From NCBI GenBank assembly GCA_964035545.1, contig OZ037765.1, positions 5,900,698-5,964,697 on the forward strand: a stretch of DNA of 64,000 bases. The letters run 5' to 3'. Position numbers and translations under genes: made by a program. Positions 11,901 through 26,900 of this stretch are shown one piece after another; the first letter of the stretch is position 1; each line of letters starts with the position of its first letter. The notes under the pieces were generated by a model, which saw only the letters and a program-made list of their open reading frames with translations, had not been told where the DNA came from and did no database searches. Origin of the DNA: Bugula neritina. Taxonomy: Eukaryota; Animalia; Bryozoa.

Positions 11901-14900
11901 TCAACCGCAAAATTGCAGCTAAAATCAACAAGTTTTCGAAATAAAACCCAAGTGGTTTCTCTCTACACTCTCTTAAGTTTTCAAAACCGCAGAAAATTAA
12001 AATAAATTTACGCTAAGAAATACTTGAACTAGTGAATAGTATCTTCTGTTATTAACTTGAATTGATAAAGTTGCAACAAATTTAAATAATATAAGTATAA
12101 AAATTGTGTTATATTATTGTTTTATGTTATATATGAAGAGTTTACTACTAGTCACACACAAATACAGTTAGTTAAGAACCAAATTAATTTCAATAATGCA
12201 ACAAACTAATTAGTAATACCATGGACTAATGATCCCTTTTTATATTTACAGTTCTTAAACATTGCTACAATAAGGTTAATGTAGAGTTATTTAGCTTTAT
12301 TAATTTTAATGAGTTTATGTAATATATTGTACAAGAAAGAATATGGTATCTATCAATAAAATACAATTTCAACAAACACAAAACTACCTGCTTTAAATAT
12401 ATCGACTTCCCACAGGCATTTGGTCCAGTTATGATAATAACTTTAGAGTTGTCATTCCCTGGCCCACTAAGTACATCATTGCTTATAAAGTGATCAGCTT
12501 GAGCCTCCAGTAGAGCGTGCCTGTAAAAACGAACAGCATAAAGTACTGAAATATCTTGGTTGAGCGGCTGCTGGGACATGAATAGATCACAGCTGGACGG
12601 AAATATTAACTGCATGACAAAATTTTAGAGACTAGCTTAAAGGAAAAGTAGAAACAGTTAATGCTAGTAATCCAGTAGTGAAAAACACTATATCAAACTT
12701 GTGCTTTTATAAACACATGTATATATAATAATATATTATAATATAATATCACAATGTGTATATATTATAATATAGTATTACAATCTGTATATAGAGATGC
12801 ACACGTGCGCGCACCAACACTCATAATACATTATTTCATTATATTATATAACAATGCTATTTATGGTACATCAACATTAAAAATACACCAAATTGGTTAA
12901 TATTATACCCCTGCTTGTCCAATACCACTGAACTTGATGAGACATTAAGACACAATCCCAAAAACCAGACTTTAATCATAACAAGCTATTGTAACAGCTA
13001 AAAGATAAAATACCAGAAATAAAACAATATGCATCCATAACAGGAGGTCAAAACAACTTTTACTCAGCACATTTTTAAAAGTTAGAACTACAGAAAATAT
13101 CGGCAATCATCACACGGTGAGGAAATAAATAAAATGGAAATGGGAAGACGGAGGGAAGGGTGGGGTGTGTATACTGTACCTGGCACCAGTTATTCTAATA
13201 GTATCCTCTTCATTTAGTGTTGGTCGTACGAAATTCCGTTCAGAGCAGTAGGAGCCAAGTCCAATCAAACTGATTAACACAAATATAAAATATTTTATAT
13301 AGATTACATTTAACTGTCAAACATACAATGTAATATTACAGCATGTTAAATATGTGTGAATTGGTAGGTCATTGCATTATACATTGGAATTGCTATTGGG
13401 TGAATGTGCACCACAATTTACTATGAGATGTCAAAGTGGCAATAGAAATGAATTGATAGCTTCCTAAATTTATCTTTGACAATAGAAATTTTGCAACTCG
13501 TGAAAGAAAATAAATGGAAACATAATATCCACAAAAATTGATTGGAAGTGGGTAATATGAATATATAAAAACAAATTATCCAGAAATTACGGGATTGTGT
13601 GTGTTTAATATGCAAATTGAAGATGAAATGCAAAAGCAAACAATCCGCACATTTACAGTGTAATCGACAACACTCTTCACGAATAGCACACAAGAACAAA
13701 AAACGTGATGCACTACTGAATAGGAAAAGGCTAGAATTATGTTACGTAAGCATAAAATGTTAAACAGCCTTTCATATTCTATTGCAACAAGAATGACGAA
13801 TGTATTACATCAAATTTCAGCTTTATTTTTACCATTTTCATATGGAGATACTACTTCATACCTCGAATGGAATATTATTTCATATTTTGCTATCAAAAAG
13901 TAAAATTCCACATGAATATGATTTCAAAAAGTTTTAGCAAAGCTATAAAAGGGTAGCTGGAAAGGTGAAATTAACTGAGACTCAGTTTTTTTCCAGTGAA
14001 GATGTAAACGCTTCTTTACAGCAAATCAAAACAAAGTTGCATTTTTGACGGTTTCATGCTCTAATTTTTTCTACCCTTGAATGAGAAACTATTTGAATCA
14101 AGAACGCAATATATAATTTATAAAAAAATTGACAAGTTATTCGTTTTATTATAATTGATAAATACTGTATTTAATTATCCCAGCTGTTATGCATGGAAAG
14201 GTAATTAAATATATTCAGTAGTTTACTCATGCATACAATACTTTGAAATTAACATTGTAAATAATTGGTGGAGCTCATGTCAACCTTTAGGGAAGCACAT
14301 GCTGACACTGGCTGGCACACACTGGCAAGTGCTCAGCTACCTGCGCTTAGAATACTAACCAATCCAGTTGAGAGCACAACTCCAACACCTGCAGCATGGT
14401 GTTCATCTCTGGCAGCAGCGTATTTTGGAGCTGATACATGAGGGCCAGAGCTCTGTCTGCCAAAACCATCATATTAACAATTACAAAAACTTGCTATAAT
14501 CTTTCAAAGTCAAATATTATGCGTTTAATCAAAACGCATATGATATCACACTTTTAAAAAAACAATCTCGTTCATGTTTTTATTTCATTGCCACATGTAA
14601 CTTTTAAAGGCTTCTAATAGCCATTATTAAAATAAAATTGCAAATAATTGAAAATTGCAGTACAAAAGTCAATTAAAATTTTAGATTCAATGCTTCTTCC
14701 AGCTTAAGGCAAACATTCTACTAAATGTTGAATAATGAATAAATAGTATAATTAAAGAGATTCCAAGGGTAAGAATATTGATATCAATGCACTGGGTTGA
14801 TCCATAAGATGACCACATCTAATGACCACATATAATTTAGTTATATAACCAACATTAGTTCAATTGAGGAGTTGTGTGCCCTAAATCAACACAAAGTGAT

Positions 14901-17900
14901 GAAAAGTTGTATACACAAATAGGAAAACTAAGTAAGTGAAAACTGATGAGATAAAATTTAATTTTACACAATAAACTATTTTGAAATATTGAATAGATTC
15001 GAGGGTGCAAACTGTTAATGAAAGATTTAGTTTCCCTGTGTTGAAAGATTTACTGTTAATTTTAAATATTGCTTGCCCTGTCAAATCAGCCACTTCAAAA
15101 CAAAAAACCTTGAAACAGCTTAAAAAAACAATTGAAGAAACTAAAAGCTTAGTAGTGTATCTGATATATCTAACCAGTGATTGCTGTTTTGACATCTCCG
15201 TGGAGCTCAGATATATCTACAAATACAGGGAAACAAACTATTGCCATCTTTCATTATTCTAACAGGAAATCAACTTCCACTGCCGCTTTCAAACAGTTTA
15301 TGGAAAATCACTTTTAATATTGTGATCACTTACAGTGTACATGCGTGCGCGTGTATATTATAATCATAAGCTAAGGTTACTGTTTTCTAGGCTTCTATAT
15401 AAATTTACATTCCAACGGATAAATACATTATTTTTACGGTACATAATTGCAGTTATTTAAACAACTTGAAGTTCATATCAACAATACAAAATGCACATTC
15501 TGACACATCGTACAACTTACCCCTGGTGAGAGCTGAGGAGTAGTACGCATTTCGTTCAGTTAGAAACTACAAAATAGAGAAGACAACTACATAAAACATT
15601 TCATTGGCAGACAACTCCAAAATAGTACACAAATGCTACAGAAAAGATGACAAAAATACAAATAATGTTGCTGGGGATATTTAGAACAATATTTAACTAA
15701 GAACACAAAAAACAGCTTCCATTGAGAAAAAAGAGAAACTGGTCTACAACAGGCACACAAACTTTATCAGCTCTATTATTTATTACTATAATTTTTCTAT
15801 TAAAATATATAAGCTCCAGTTTCTATTTCGATACCTCATATTGTTACGCTCAAATACAACTTAAAAGACAACTTTGTCTAAAAAATTAACAAGCTTCAAT
15901 CTACTCAAAAAGCCGAGCTGCATGAAGTGAGAGCTAGAAAAGTAGAGCAGATAAATAAATAAATTCGTAATATAAAGGTAGGGTGGTGCACATGGGGGGG
16001 GGGGAGTCTATGGCTATGTGTTGACTGAGGGGGAGGGGGAGCCTGGGGCTATGTTTTGACTCTGGGAGGAACCTAAGTCTACATGTTGACTATATGACTC
16101 ACCTCTAGCGTGAGCTCTTCAATATTGTAGTCTGCAGTTCTCTCCATGTGTGGCGTGATGTCTATCATCAGCAGACAGCCCAACTGTAGCACACAATAAA
16201 ACTCTAAGGCTATATTGAAAACTATACTAAACTAATTTCCAAATATGTTTTTAGTTCACCCAAAGGCCATCAAATATAAAAATTAATAATAAAATAATAT
16301 TACATGTTATAGTTTAGAACTCAAGTAATGAGAGGACAACTTCAAATTGTCTAATGAAAATAGGCTATTAATACAATGGCGTATAACAACTTGCTTTGAA
16401 TTGATTGACAGAATTAAAAACTAAAACATGTTATTTCAGAAAAATAACAAGGTGCAGACTTTTAGAGCCTTTAGGACATAAAACTTTCTAAAACAAGATC
16501 ACATGTATACTCTTGTTTCTAATACAACTATATTTTATAAGCAACATCTACAATAACTTTCAACTCAACACTTGAATAATAATGCATGACACAAGCAGCA
16601 TAATATATACAACAAGAAAAATGTGTATTAATTAACCAATGGGAACAGGGCGTATTAACCAATGAGAACAGGGCGTATTAACCAATGAGAACAGGGCGTA
16701 TTAACCAATGAGAACAAAGTGTATTAATTAACCAATGAGAACAGGGCGTATTAACCAATGAGAGTGTGTGCTAGCTGCTGACCTGGGATGAGTAGTGAAT
16801 ATGCACAGCACTCCTAGCAACGTGTTTAACTTCCTTTACGTGAGCTGCGAGTCGGTCAGCTAAAAGTTGTGGCAAATCTCTGTGTCTTTGAACCACTAGT
16901 AGAAAATTATATTAACTATATTAACTATATAATATTATAACATAACATGATATTATAAAATACACACACAGGCCATTTAGGACAAATTCTCACTTAGCAT
17001 GGCCATCAAAGATTAGACATTACTACTAATAATCCAGTAAGCAGGTTGCTATAAATTGCAAGACGTAAACACAAACATGAAAGGCAGCAGGTTAATAATG
17101 ATAACTTCTCCTTATTATCTCCACATCAATGGCACAGGGTAAGCACAGATTACATAATGAGTTACTTACATGCATCCATCTCTGCATCATAGTTGGGTTT
17201 GATGGTGAATGTTTTAGTCAGCTTCGTTTGCTCAACATCTAAGATGTCAAACAAGATCTGACCACATGAGAGGATCCCCTCTCTCAGTGGTGGAAACTGT
17301 AACATATACATGATCTATGCACTAGGAACTTAGGCTATACACAGGGTTCCTAAACCACAAATAAAAGACTTGTTTTGTTACTCTAATTTATGAAATAACT
17401 GTATTGTAGCATATCTCACAGGCAATAGCCATGGTGTAGCATATATAAGTGCTGGACTTGTAAACACGAGGTCAGTGGTTCGAGTCTAAACAGGAAAATA
17501 TCAAAGGCTAAGTTTGTGTTGCAAGGGGAAATATATTGCTTCTTGCTACTAAGCTATAACGGAGATGTAGGCCACTGATCTATTGCAGGAACAAACGCTA
17601 GTACTTCCAACGTGATGTTAGGAAATGCATTCAGTCATAGTTGCTCCTGTGCCACATATGAATAAGTCCTTAGTCTGCTTTAAAAAACACTTTCCATTAA
17701 GGTTTCTCACAGGGATAGTGACTATAAACTATGAACTATGTCACAGCTTGACACCCCCTAAATCTCAATATTGAGCATTTAGAGTTTAGCTAAAAAGTGC
17801 ATACCACCTCAATTACTATAAAACAAGCAGCTTGTATATATATTTCTACCAGTCTAGTAATGTACTACCAGGCAGTATGAAGGTAACACAGAGATGGACT

Positions 17901-20900
17901 CTTTAGACTTTTCAGTAGTTTGCACTTCATGATTATAATATTCATGAAGGAACTATCAAAATTCACTTAGAGCAATGCAAACTGCAATTGTAATGACAAA
18001 ACTTCCAAAAATACAAAGTTCAAATATATTAATTTCAATACTTTTATCATATAAATATGCTAATGTGACTCTATAGCTTTTATAGTAAATATTTTGACTT
18101 GTAATATCAATTTTTAGAATTGAAATAACAAATGATCATGTAATAAATAATCAGAGCTGATTTTCAGTCAATTAAAGAATAAAGTTCAACCTTAGAGAGG
18201 ATAAGAAGTTCGTCTTTGCGCTGCGAACAGATTTCTGTTATGGCAATGAGGCTCTGTAACACCTGGAATACAGTTACACAGTAGAAACCACTGAACTGAA
18301 ACTATTATAGTTCAATGGTAGAAACAGATGCGCGAAAGCAACAATTCAGAGTTGTCTACCCTTAATTTACTATCACTTTGAGTGGACAACTCCAACTTCT
18401 GAATACAAATTGTGCTAATTTGATTTACACTACATAAGTGTCGTACAAATGTGGCCAAGCAGAAATTGCAGCCCCTTACCCGGTGCATAGCCAGCCAGTC
18501 ACCACTAGAAAGCTCAGCCGTTCTCATTTTACACACAATCCTCTACAACACAACAGTTTATTTAACAAACTTGACTAGAGCTCTTTGAAAATAGGGACAC
18601 ATATCCCATAATACTTAGATTGAATGAGATAAATCAAATATGCTAAAGAATGCAAAAGCAAAACATTACTTTTGTTTTAAAACGAAGTTAATTAAAAATA
18701 CAAAACATAAACAAAATTTTGATTCAGCATTCAGCAAATATTTTGTAGTTTATCTCAGTTACTATGGATACAGTATTATGGCATGTTGTGTGCAGAACTT
18801 GGCAAGTGTCCACAGATCAAGTGACTGTATGGCCATTACTATACACAGTGCACCAGCCTACACCCCTCACTGTATTTATCAAATGCTTGCAAAGTGGGTC
18901 AAAAGTTTAAATGCTTTCTGTAAGAAACTCCCGAAATATTGATGCAGAGGAGACGGGCTGTTGCTAACAGTAATAATATTGGTGTGATAATAATGCAGGG
19001 CAAGACCTGGGATGAACTCGAGTGCATAATTAGTTCCTGATGACTCATGTTGGTAACACTTAGCCTACCCCCAGCATTCTTATAGCCAACACACCATTGT
19101 CCTGAGGTAGGTATATTTCACACGTATTCTATCTTCACTTGTAACTGATGAAACTTCAAAGGTAACTGAAGAATGGTAGTAGATTACCATGAGGAGACAA
19201 TTGCTACGATTTCATGTCTAAGTAAAGCTAAGTTTTGGTTCTAAGCACACTTTTAGTACTTAGTGAAACGCACATAGTAGTCAGGGGAGATAACTCACAG
19301 ACATATTTCTCAGCCTAGAAAGATTACTCTTGATAAGTCTGGTAACCTCCGTGTTCTTGTCAGGAGAAAAGTATTGCAGGCAGTCGAGCCTCTCATTCAG
19401 CAGACGTATATCTCTGGTGGGCGTGAGAAACAGCTCCCTATAGTCATATAAACTATGATAAGACAAAAGGCTAACAAGGGGAAACTGCCACCTTAATTCA
19501 ATTTTACAAAAAAATCTGCCAACTAAAATCCCAAGAATCAAACTTGACTCATTTCTAAACTTCCTGCTATGCCAACAGTTGATGCCGGCAGCCCTAGAGG
19601 CAACCAATGAGAGCTGAGAGTGACCCGAGCAAAGACTAAAGGGAATTTCAATATTCCTATTTATTGTATATTACACACCAGGGTAGGTATAACTTCTCAG
19701 GGAAATATTGAACTGGAAGCAACAATGCAAGGAAATTGAACGAACAAATGGAAAGTCAAACAGAAAACGTAGCAAGCATAAAGTGTGAATAAAAACTCCA
19801 TTCATAAAAGAATTACTTGAGTTTCTTTTTCCCTATTGAAGTTTTACACCGATCCATAAGTCCTAAATAATTACATAACATCCACATCAATACTTCAATA
19901 ATAGCACTCAATATCATTTTCTCTTTACAAAATTCCACAGGGATAACTTCCGGCAGCGATATGTTGATATAATGCTAACCTACAAAGTGTTTGCCCTGGA
20001 AGTCCTGTTCACGCAATAACATATAACTATTATCGCCTATACCAGTAACTTTAACTTAATCATGCAGTGTTGGCATCTGTGAGGTTAGTCACTGGTCATA
20101 AACAAGATAACATAAACCTATCCATCAGCTGTGTCGGTCCTTTTGTCAGTCAGTGAAGATGTCACAAACTAGGGACACCAACTACGTGTTCAATGACGAT
20201 TTTTTTAAACAAATTAATATTTCTGTGTTTGTGATAGCCAATCTGGAAACCAGCAATGACTTGGCAAAAGGAATTATGGCTCCAGTAACAACACCAACTA
20301 ATCAGTAGAAATACATCAGCAATGGTTATATTCAGCATTAATTATTCTCACTTTAAAAAAATACAAGCGCATGACGTTGAAAAGATTTGCTGATTTATGA
20401 AACACCATGACAAAGCAAAAATAAACAATTAAAATACAACTTACCGAACAAACTGAAGCCATCTCTTTTATAGAAGTTGCCAAGGCACGTGGAAGGGTGA
20501 TCAGCTATATGAATGATTCGAAGAGAACTAAAATGGCCACAACTCACAGGTTAAAAAAACCAAGTGTAGATAACTCTAGTATAACAAAACAATATAACAG
20601 TAAGACGTATACAATATTGTTAGTACATTACTCATGACTAGCTACATGCTGGACATGATTAGTTGCTAGAGTAGTGAAACATGTGTTATAGTATGTTTAT
20701 TCCAACACACTACACAGTATGTACTACTTTAGGGTGTAAAAAGCATAGCATATTTCAAAATAAAAAAAGATTACAAGTACAGTAATATTACACTTCAACT
20801 TGTAATATGTGTTGAAGATACAAACAATACAGAAATAACGGGGATCCATCAGGTATAGACTGAGTGCCAACAACTTGGCTCATAGTTGCATAGTGCTAAT

Positions 20901-23900
20901 ACACCACGGGTTATGTAGAGGCAGAAGCTAGGGAGACATTACCAGCAACTCTGCCTAGTTGTTTCTGAGACTTCAGGGCGATTAGAGAAATTACCCAAAC
21001 AATTAGCAACAATTAATCTTGTTACAACATAAGGAAATGGTAAATGTTAGAGAGGTTTGGCTACTAGCAAGCTAGTAAATTCAGCACTATGGCAGGATAC
21101 AACCTGTATACTTAGTGTTTATTAGCCTATATTACCATATACCCTTCCGACTTAGAACCTGGCAAATTTCAACCAACACCGACAAAGGATATTGCAAAAC
21201 AAGCCAAAAAACTTAAGGTTAGGTGAAAAACCACAGAAAGCAAAAACAAAATTTTTAAGGCTTTCAAAAAACATCATGAACTGAGCGTAAGTTGACAGTT
21301 AGAATGTGTTTGTAACAGTAGCTGTGTGGAGATGGGCTGTTAGGATACAACTGAGTTGTATGCTAATTATCTAACAGCTCTAATCAGAGATGAATCAGCA
21401 GTTATGAGCATCAGAAACAAAGAAAAAGAAAGGCCAAACCAAAACTATTATTGCATCCTTATGTTTTTAGCAGGCAGTGAAAATTTAGAACTAAATTTAG
21501 TAGCCTAGTCCCAGAATATTGTTTTACAATAAAAGATAACACAGGTTCCTGTATGTAATGCCCAAAAGTTCAATGTAAGGAAACTATTGTTAGGCGAAGC
21601 AGTAGTTGGTTGTGAAACTACAGCAGTATTTCCTGGAACATACAGCGAGTAGTTTACCCATGTGATCGGTTTACCCATGTGACTAGTATAGCCATGTGAC
21701 TAGTATAGCCATGTGACCAGTATAACAATCAGACTACGCCTTACCTTAACGTGTGAGCATCCATCCAGACTTGAGATTGCCTGCGAACAAAAAATAAGAA
21801 AATCTTGAAAATTCCCATGAATAAAATACATAATCTAGTTGACAGGTATTGCAGAGTATCAGATAAAAAATACATTTATTCAATTATTTTGATCAAGATA
21901 ATGAGCCGGTGAACTTCATTCAACTTGCGAAATCCCATTTAACATGATAAATCACAAGGCGGTTGGTAGAGTGCCTGTGTAAAGGGGCAGTGGCAATGCA
22001 CACAGCATAGGGGAATCCACACACTTGGCAGAACCTGTACATATTAGTCATATAGGGGGAAGTACCACTCCACTCTCTATAAGCTGCCAATGTGTGACTC
22101 ATACTGCATATCTAATAAAGAAGCTGAATGACATGAGTCACCTCTTAGCTCACAGCTATGGAATGCAGCTATTTATAACGACCAGCTAAATGCACATACA
22201 ACTGCATTGGCAGTTTCATTTGCTTTGATATCCAAGAGTGTATATGGCAACAAACAAAACACCCACCCAACCATATAATATGACCATTTATATTTAGTCG
22301 TCCTTACGTCAAAGAATTACTAGAGGAAGTGTAAACGAAGCTGATTGGTTCATTCATAAACAGGCTAGCAATAAATATTATTGACAAAAACTCAACAGGG
22401 GACATTCGATCACCGGCCCAATAATGTCACACAATGCCACCGCAGCAGGCTACGCTATAAAATATTTGTTATCAAGTCACGGTTGATTGAACTTGGTGAA
22501 TATCAACGCTAGTACAATTATATTAAAATACTGTAGTAACATATCGCAACAGGAACCTTATTGCGCAATCAGTTAGAGGGACAATGCGAACAAGTAGAGG
22601 ACTAAACGATAACACACTTTTGACTGAAAAACAATAAATATCTTCACACTGTCAGTCTATAGTAGGTCACAGCTGGAAGACATTGTTCCTTCCTGCTATA
22701 AATAGCTGTAAACAAGCTTTCCTAGCGTAGATTGAGTGGCCACCAGCTTGCCTATTGGGTAAGCAGGAAAATATCAAAGGCTAAGTTTGTGTTGCAAGGG
22801 GGAAATGTATTGCTTCTTGCTACTAAGCTATAACAGAGATGTAGGCCACTGATCTATTGCAGGAACAAACACCAGTACTTCCAACTCGGGCAGTGGTAGT
22901 CTGTAGTTAACAACAGACCAGCAAATGGTGCCAGAACTACCAGGCTGTTACTATGCAACGTCCAAACACAAACAAACAACTCTTTCACCACCAGTAATCC
23001 AAGGAAGTTATGTAGGTCTTGCATTAATGACTTGTAACCCCCTGAGAGTAATTGTACTACTGTTTGAGAAGTGTACACTAGCAGTATTTAGCTTTAGTAA
23101 CCGTAAGCTATAACGTAGGGTCGAAAGTAGACCCACACTTACATGTTGTACAGCTCAACTGAGATCACTGGCATGTCTTCATCTTTACTGTTCTGAAGGT
23201 GAGCCATAGAGTTGACAAGATTCGCCTCAATATATCGGAGCAGACCTCCAGCAGCCCGCACCTGCAGGACATGGCACTTAATAAACTTAGGCTAACATAG
23301 TTTAACATACCCCTGTCTGAAGTAAATACTGCTTTTTTAGCAGAAAGTGTTTTAAGAAGCATTTATGAAAAAAAGCCTGTGTTCTAGATTACAAAAGAAG
23401 TTATGCTCTCGGAAGAATTTCAACCGGTGCCTTAAACCAAAATTTAAAATGAATATTAAAGAACTTCGGCTATCTCAGTTTCTCCAGTACTGCTCCTAAA
23501 TGTTGGCAAAGCTACTATATGCAGGATTTATAAAGTAAAGTAAAACAAAGGCTTTGAGCTTCAGTAAACTGCGCATGAAATTAATTGATGGCAAAACAGT
23601 GTTGACAACAAATTCTTGTGGGTAAATGGTACTGCAATTTGGCAAACGTCTTTCCATCAACTCAATTGCACAATAATAGAAAAGGTGGATTAAAATGGTA
23701 GTTTATTAATGAACAAATTCCGGTTAGACTTATATGCTTGATTAACTTAATGAAAACACCTTTTACTTCGACAAGGCAAAATAAAAATGTGAAATTTTGC
23801 ATACATTTTAGTTGTAATTTTATTACATTACACATGCCACAGAATGAGCACCAGAAAACTGGAATTTCTGGTGCTTGTTGAATTCGACAAACCAGGAAAG

Positions 23901-26900
23901 TTGTTTGCCTCCACATGACCTCTAGTCAGCATAGAGGTCACATGACCTTACCATGTTCACATGACTGACATCAACTGTGGAGCTGATGTATGCCTCCTTA
24001 TCAATACAGCCTTTTGCCAGAGAATTCTCACACGCCATGTAAAGCCTTCTTTTTGAGATTTCGTAACCTATTGGAAACCAACAGATTGCTTTGAAGGCAA
24101 ACCTTTCAACTTTTATATCAACTCAAACTTAAATATTCAGTAAAGAAATTATTCTCTCTTTGTTCAAAACAGTTCTTAGCTTTAATATATCCCAGCAGAA
24201 TTCAAAATAACTGCTCTACTAAAAACATCCCATGACACAACTGCACTCGTAATTTAATTTAATGCTGGAATGTATTAAGCGGTGAAACGCATGGCATTGC
24301 AACACAGACAGAACAAAAATTTCAAAATTTTACAATACAAAAATAGCTCTTCCGCTGCACTCTATCTTGTTTATATTATCTACTTACATTGTCAACCTTA
24401 TTAACTGAAGCTTTGTAATACATTAAGTAAATACAACATTTGGGTCTCTTTACACAGTGATTCACCCCATTACAACATTACCCACAGCTCTCCCATTATT
24501 TTTTATTTATAAAAATAGGCATACATTATTAAAAGTGGCGACACTGCATTACACAATTGTAAATTCAAATTAGAAAAATTGGAGAGAAAGAGGTGAAAAA
24601 TGAACAATATGTATAGAATAGGCTTGCAGAAACCACCGAGAAACTATCATTGAATTAGTTGGATTTGGTATGACCAGCTATAGCTCGCTAATTACAACAG
24701 TTCAATATTTGTATTGTCCTGTGAAATGCAGTTAATTTTGTGATTAGTCACTTGCTGGGAAAGTTTATTCCATGCCAAATAGATTTAAACTTTACTTCTG
24801 CCAACAAAAAATAAAAAAATGATAATTATATTTTCTATAGCAGATAGCAGCGTGCAAGCCCACTTCCCTGTACATCCCACAAACATGGTGATTTCATCAG
24901 GAACAGTAAATTAACAATGTGAGTAAATATTTCCTATTTATGTGTGTCACAGTGTGTCATGGGGTTGCCCTTTTTGCTGATGATTCAACGTGCAGTCAGT
25001 GTATAGCACTGCTGTATCTAAAATATCTATATTTAGCTTTTGTAGTTCGCAATCAGAAAAGTATTCCTTCGCCAATTTCAGACACCAACGCAAAAGTCCT
25101 TTTGTAGAAAATCAATAGTTTTTGCAATGATTTTACAATAAAATATTCGAGTACAATGAACTCCTGGGGTTCCAAACGAATACAAAACATTTCCATTAAT
25201 TTCGACCGAGGATTTTGTTGCATGACATTTACTTTCTACTGAAGCCTAAAAATATATATTTGCTAAGAAACTGAAGTCTGCATTGTTTCAAACAGTGATC
25301 CATGACTGCATACTTCAAAACTTCTTGCCTATTACAACATCACAAGTAGCCTACAGCATAATATCAAATATCGGTTGAAAGACTAGTGAAACATTAAACA
25401 GGTAGTTAACAACTTTGCCATCTGTCATTTGCTTCAAGAGGCAAAAAAGTTGAAAATATTAATCAAAAAGGTGAGAGTCAGGCTTATAAACTTTCAGCTG
25501 CATCCAATAAAATCTTCTTTGCTTACATAAATATTAATTATTGTTACACGTTGAACATCAATCATTTGCATGTTTCACAACTGACATTAAAAAACGTCAA
25601 TGGAATTGCGCATTAACCATTCAACACCGCAACGTAAACATCTACATGTTACGCTCATGCCAACATCTACCTAAATTGCTATGAATAATGAAACTATTTT
25701 CAATCTATACTAAATGTGCAGTAGCCTACATCAGATGTGCGTTGAGTAAGAAAATATATGCAGTTTTTCCGCTAGCAATTCAAAAATATCCCCTACAATT
25801 AGGCTGCTTTAGCACTCACAATACAAATCCATATCCTTATAATAGCAATATATATAAAATCTACATAGCACCAGCAAGCACCTACCCAAGTCTTCAGATG
25901 CAAGAGTGTAGAGATGACAGGCACAATGCTGAGCCTGTCTGGCAGCAACTAAAACATAAATATATAACACAAAAATATAATATAATTATATAATATAAAT
26001 ATATCACACAATATAGATATATTACAAAATATAAATATATAATATAATATACTAGTATAATATAATCTAAACATATAATATATATAGAACATAATATAGT
26101 ATAAATATATAATATAATATAGAACATAATATAGTATCAATACACAATATAACATAAACCAAGTGTGTAGAGGTAGTAGACAAGGGGTACAAGTAAACTG
26201 GACTAGAGTACAACAAGTTTGCTCTAAAAAGGCTGCCGTAAAAGAGATGCTGACACTTCGAGGATATACCATGACTCATCAGGAAAGTTGATGGTGAGAT
26301 AACGTAGAGTTAGTGAGATAAGTATTAGCCTAGCTGACTTACCCATATCAGTAAGTGCTTGGACAAATCTCGAGTCTTGCTTAGCACCAGTAATAACAAT
26401 ATCTGCTTGGGTCTGCATCAACACTACAATTATATGAGACTCCAAAATAACTCCAATCTTACAAGAAAGACACTGAAAACTTGAAATATGGGAATAATTA
26501 GCAGATACAGGTGTGATTAGAAGACAAGATAAGTAGAAGTGAAGTAGGTATTCTGGCAAACAGAGAATAGAGACACTTTAAATTTATACATCAAGTGGAT
26601 TTATTATTTTTAGAATACAATTTTCTGCTGCATTAAACATAAAGAATAGCTTTGAAGTGTCAAAAAAATTTTCTATACCAAACATGTCCAACTAAAACAG
26701 AATTGCATAAGAAGTTTGAAATTCAAAGTGCAACAACAGTTTTAGCAATAAATATTATGATTTTACATATTACAGGGGTGAAAAATTTTTCAACTTTGTT
26801 ATGTATTATGTTACATGATGATTTGAGGATAGGAGTGTTTGGAAAACATAAGGGTCAACTGTAGATGTAATCTTTTTATGCAAGAAAAAGATTTTTAATG

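Noticed and set aside
17427-17495. tRNA gene
   Set aside because: No acceptor or D stem pairing; continues into a repeated core, so better explained as a SINE head.
21184-21192. U12-type ATATCCTTT donor motif on the minus strand
   Set aside because: Not at an exon boundary; flanking exons join by ordinary GT-AG.
21900-22150. Possible solo LTR (TATA-like plus AATAAA)
   Set aside because: No defined TG...CA ends, target-site duplication or second copy.
25894-26279. Tyr/Ile-rich ORFs
   Set aside because: AT microsatellite artefacts; the real MSH5 exon (25948-25886) is in another frame.
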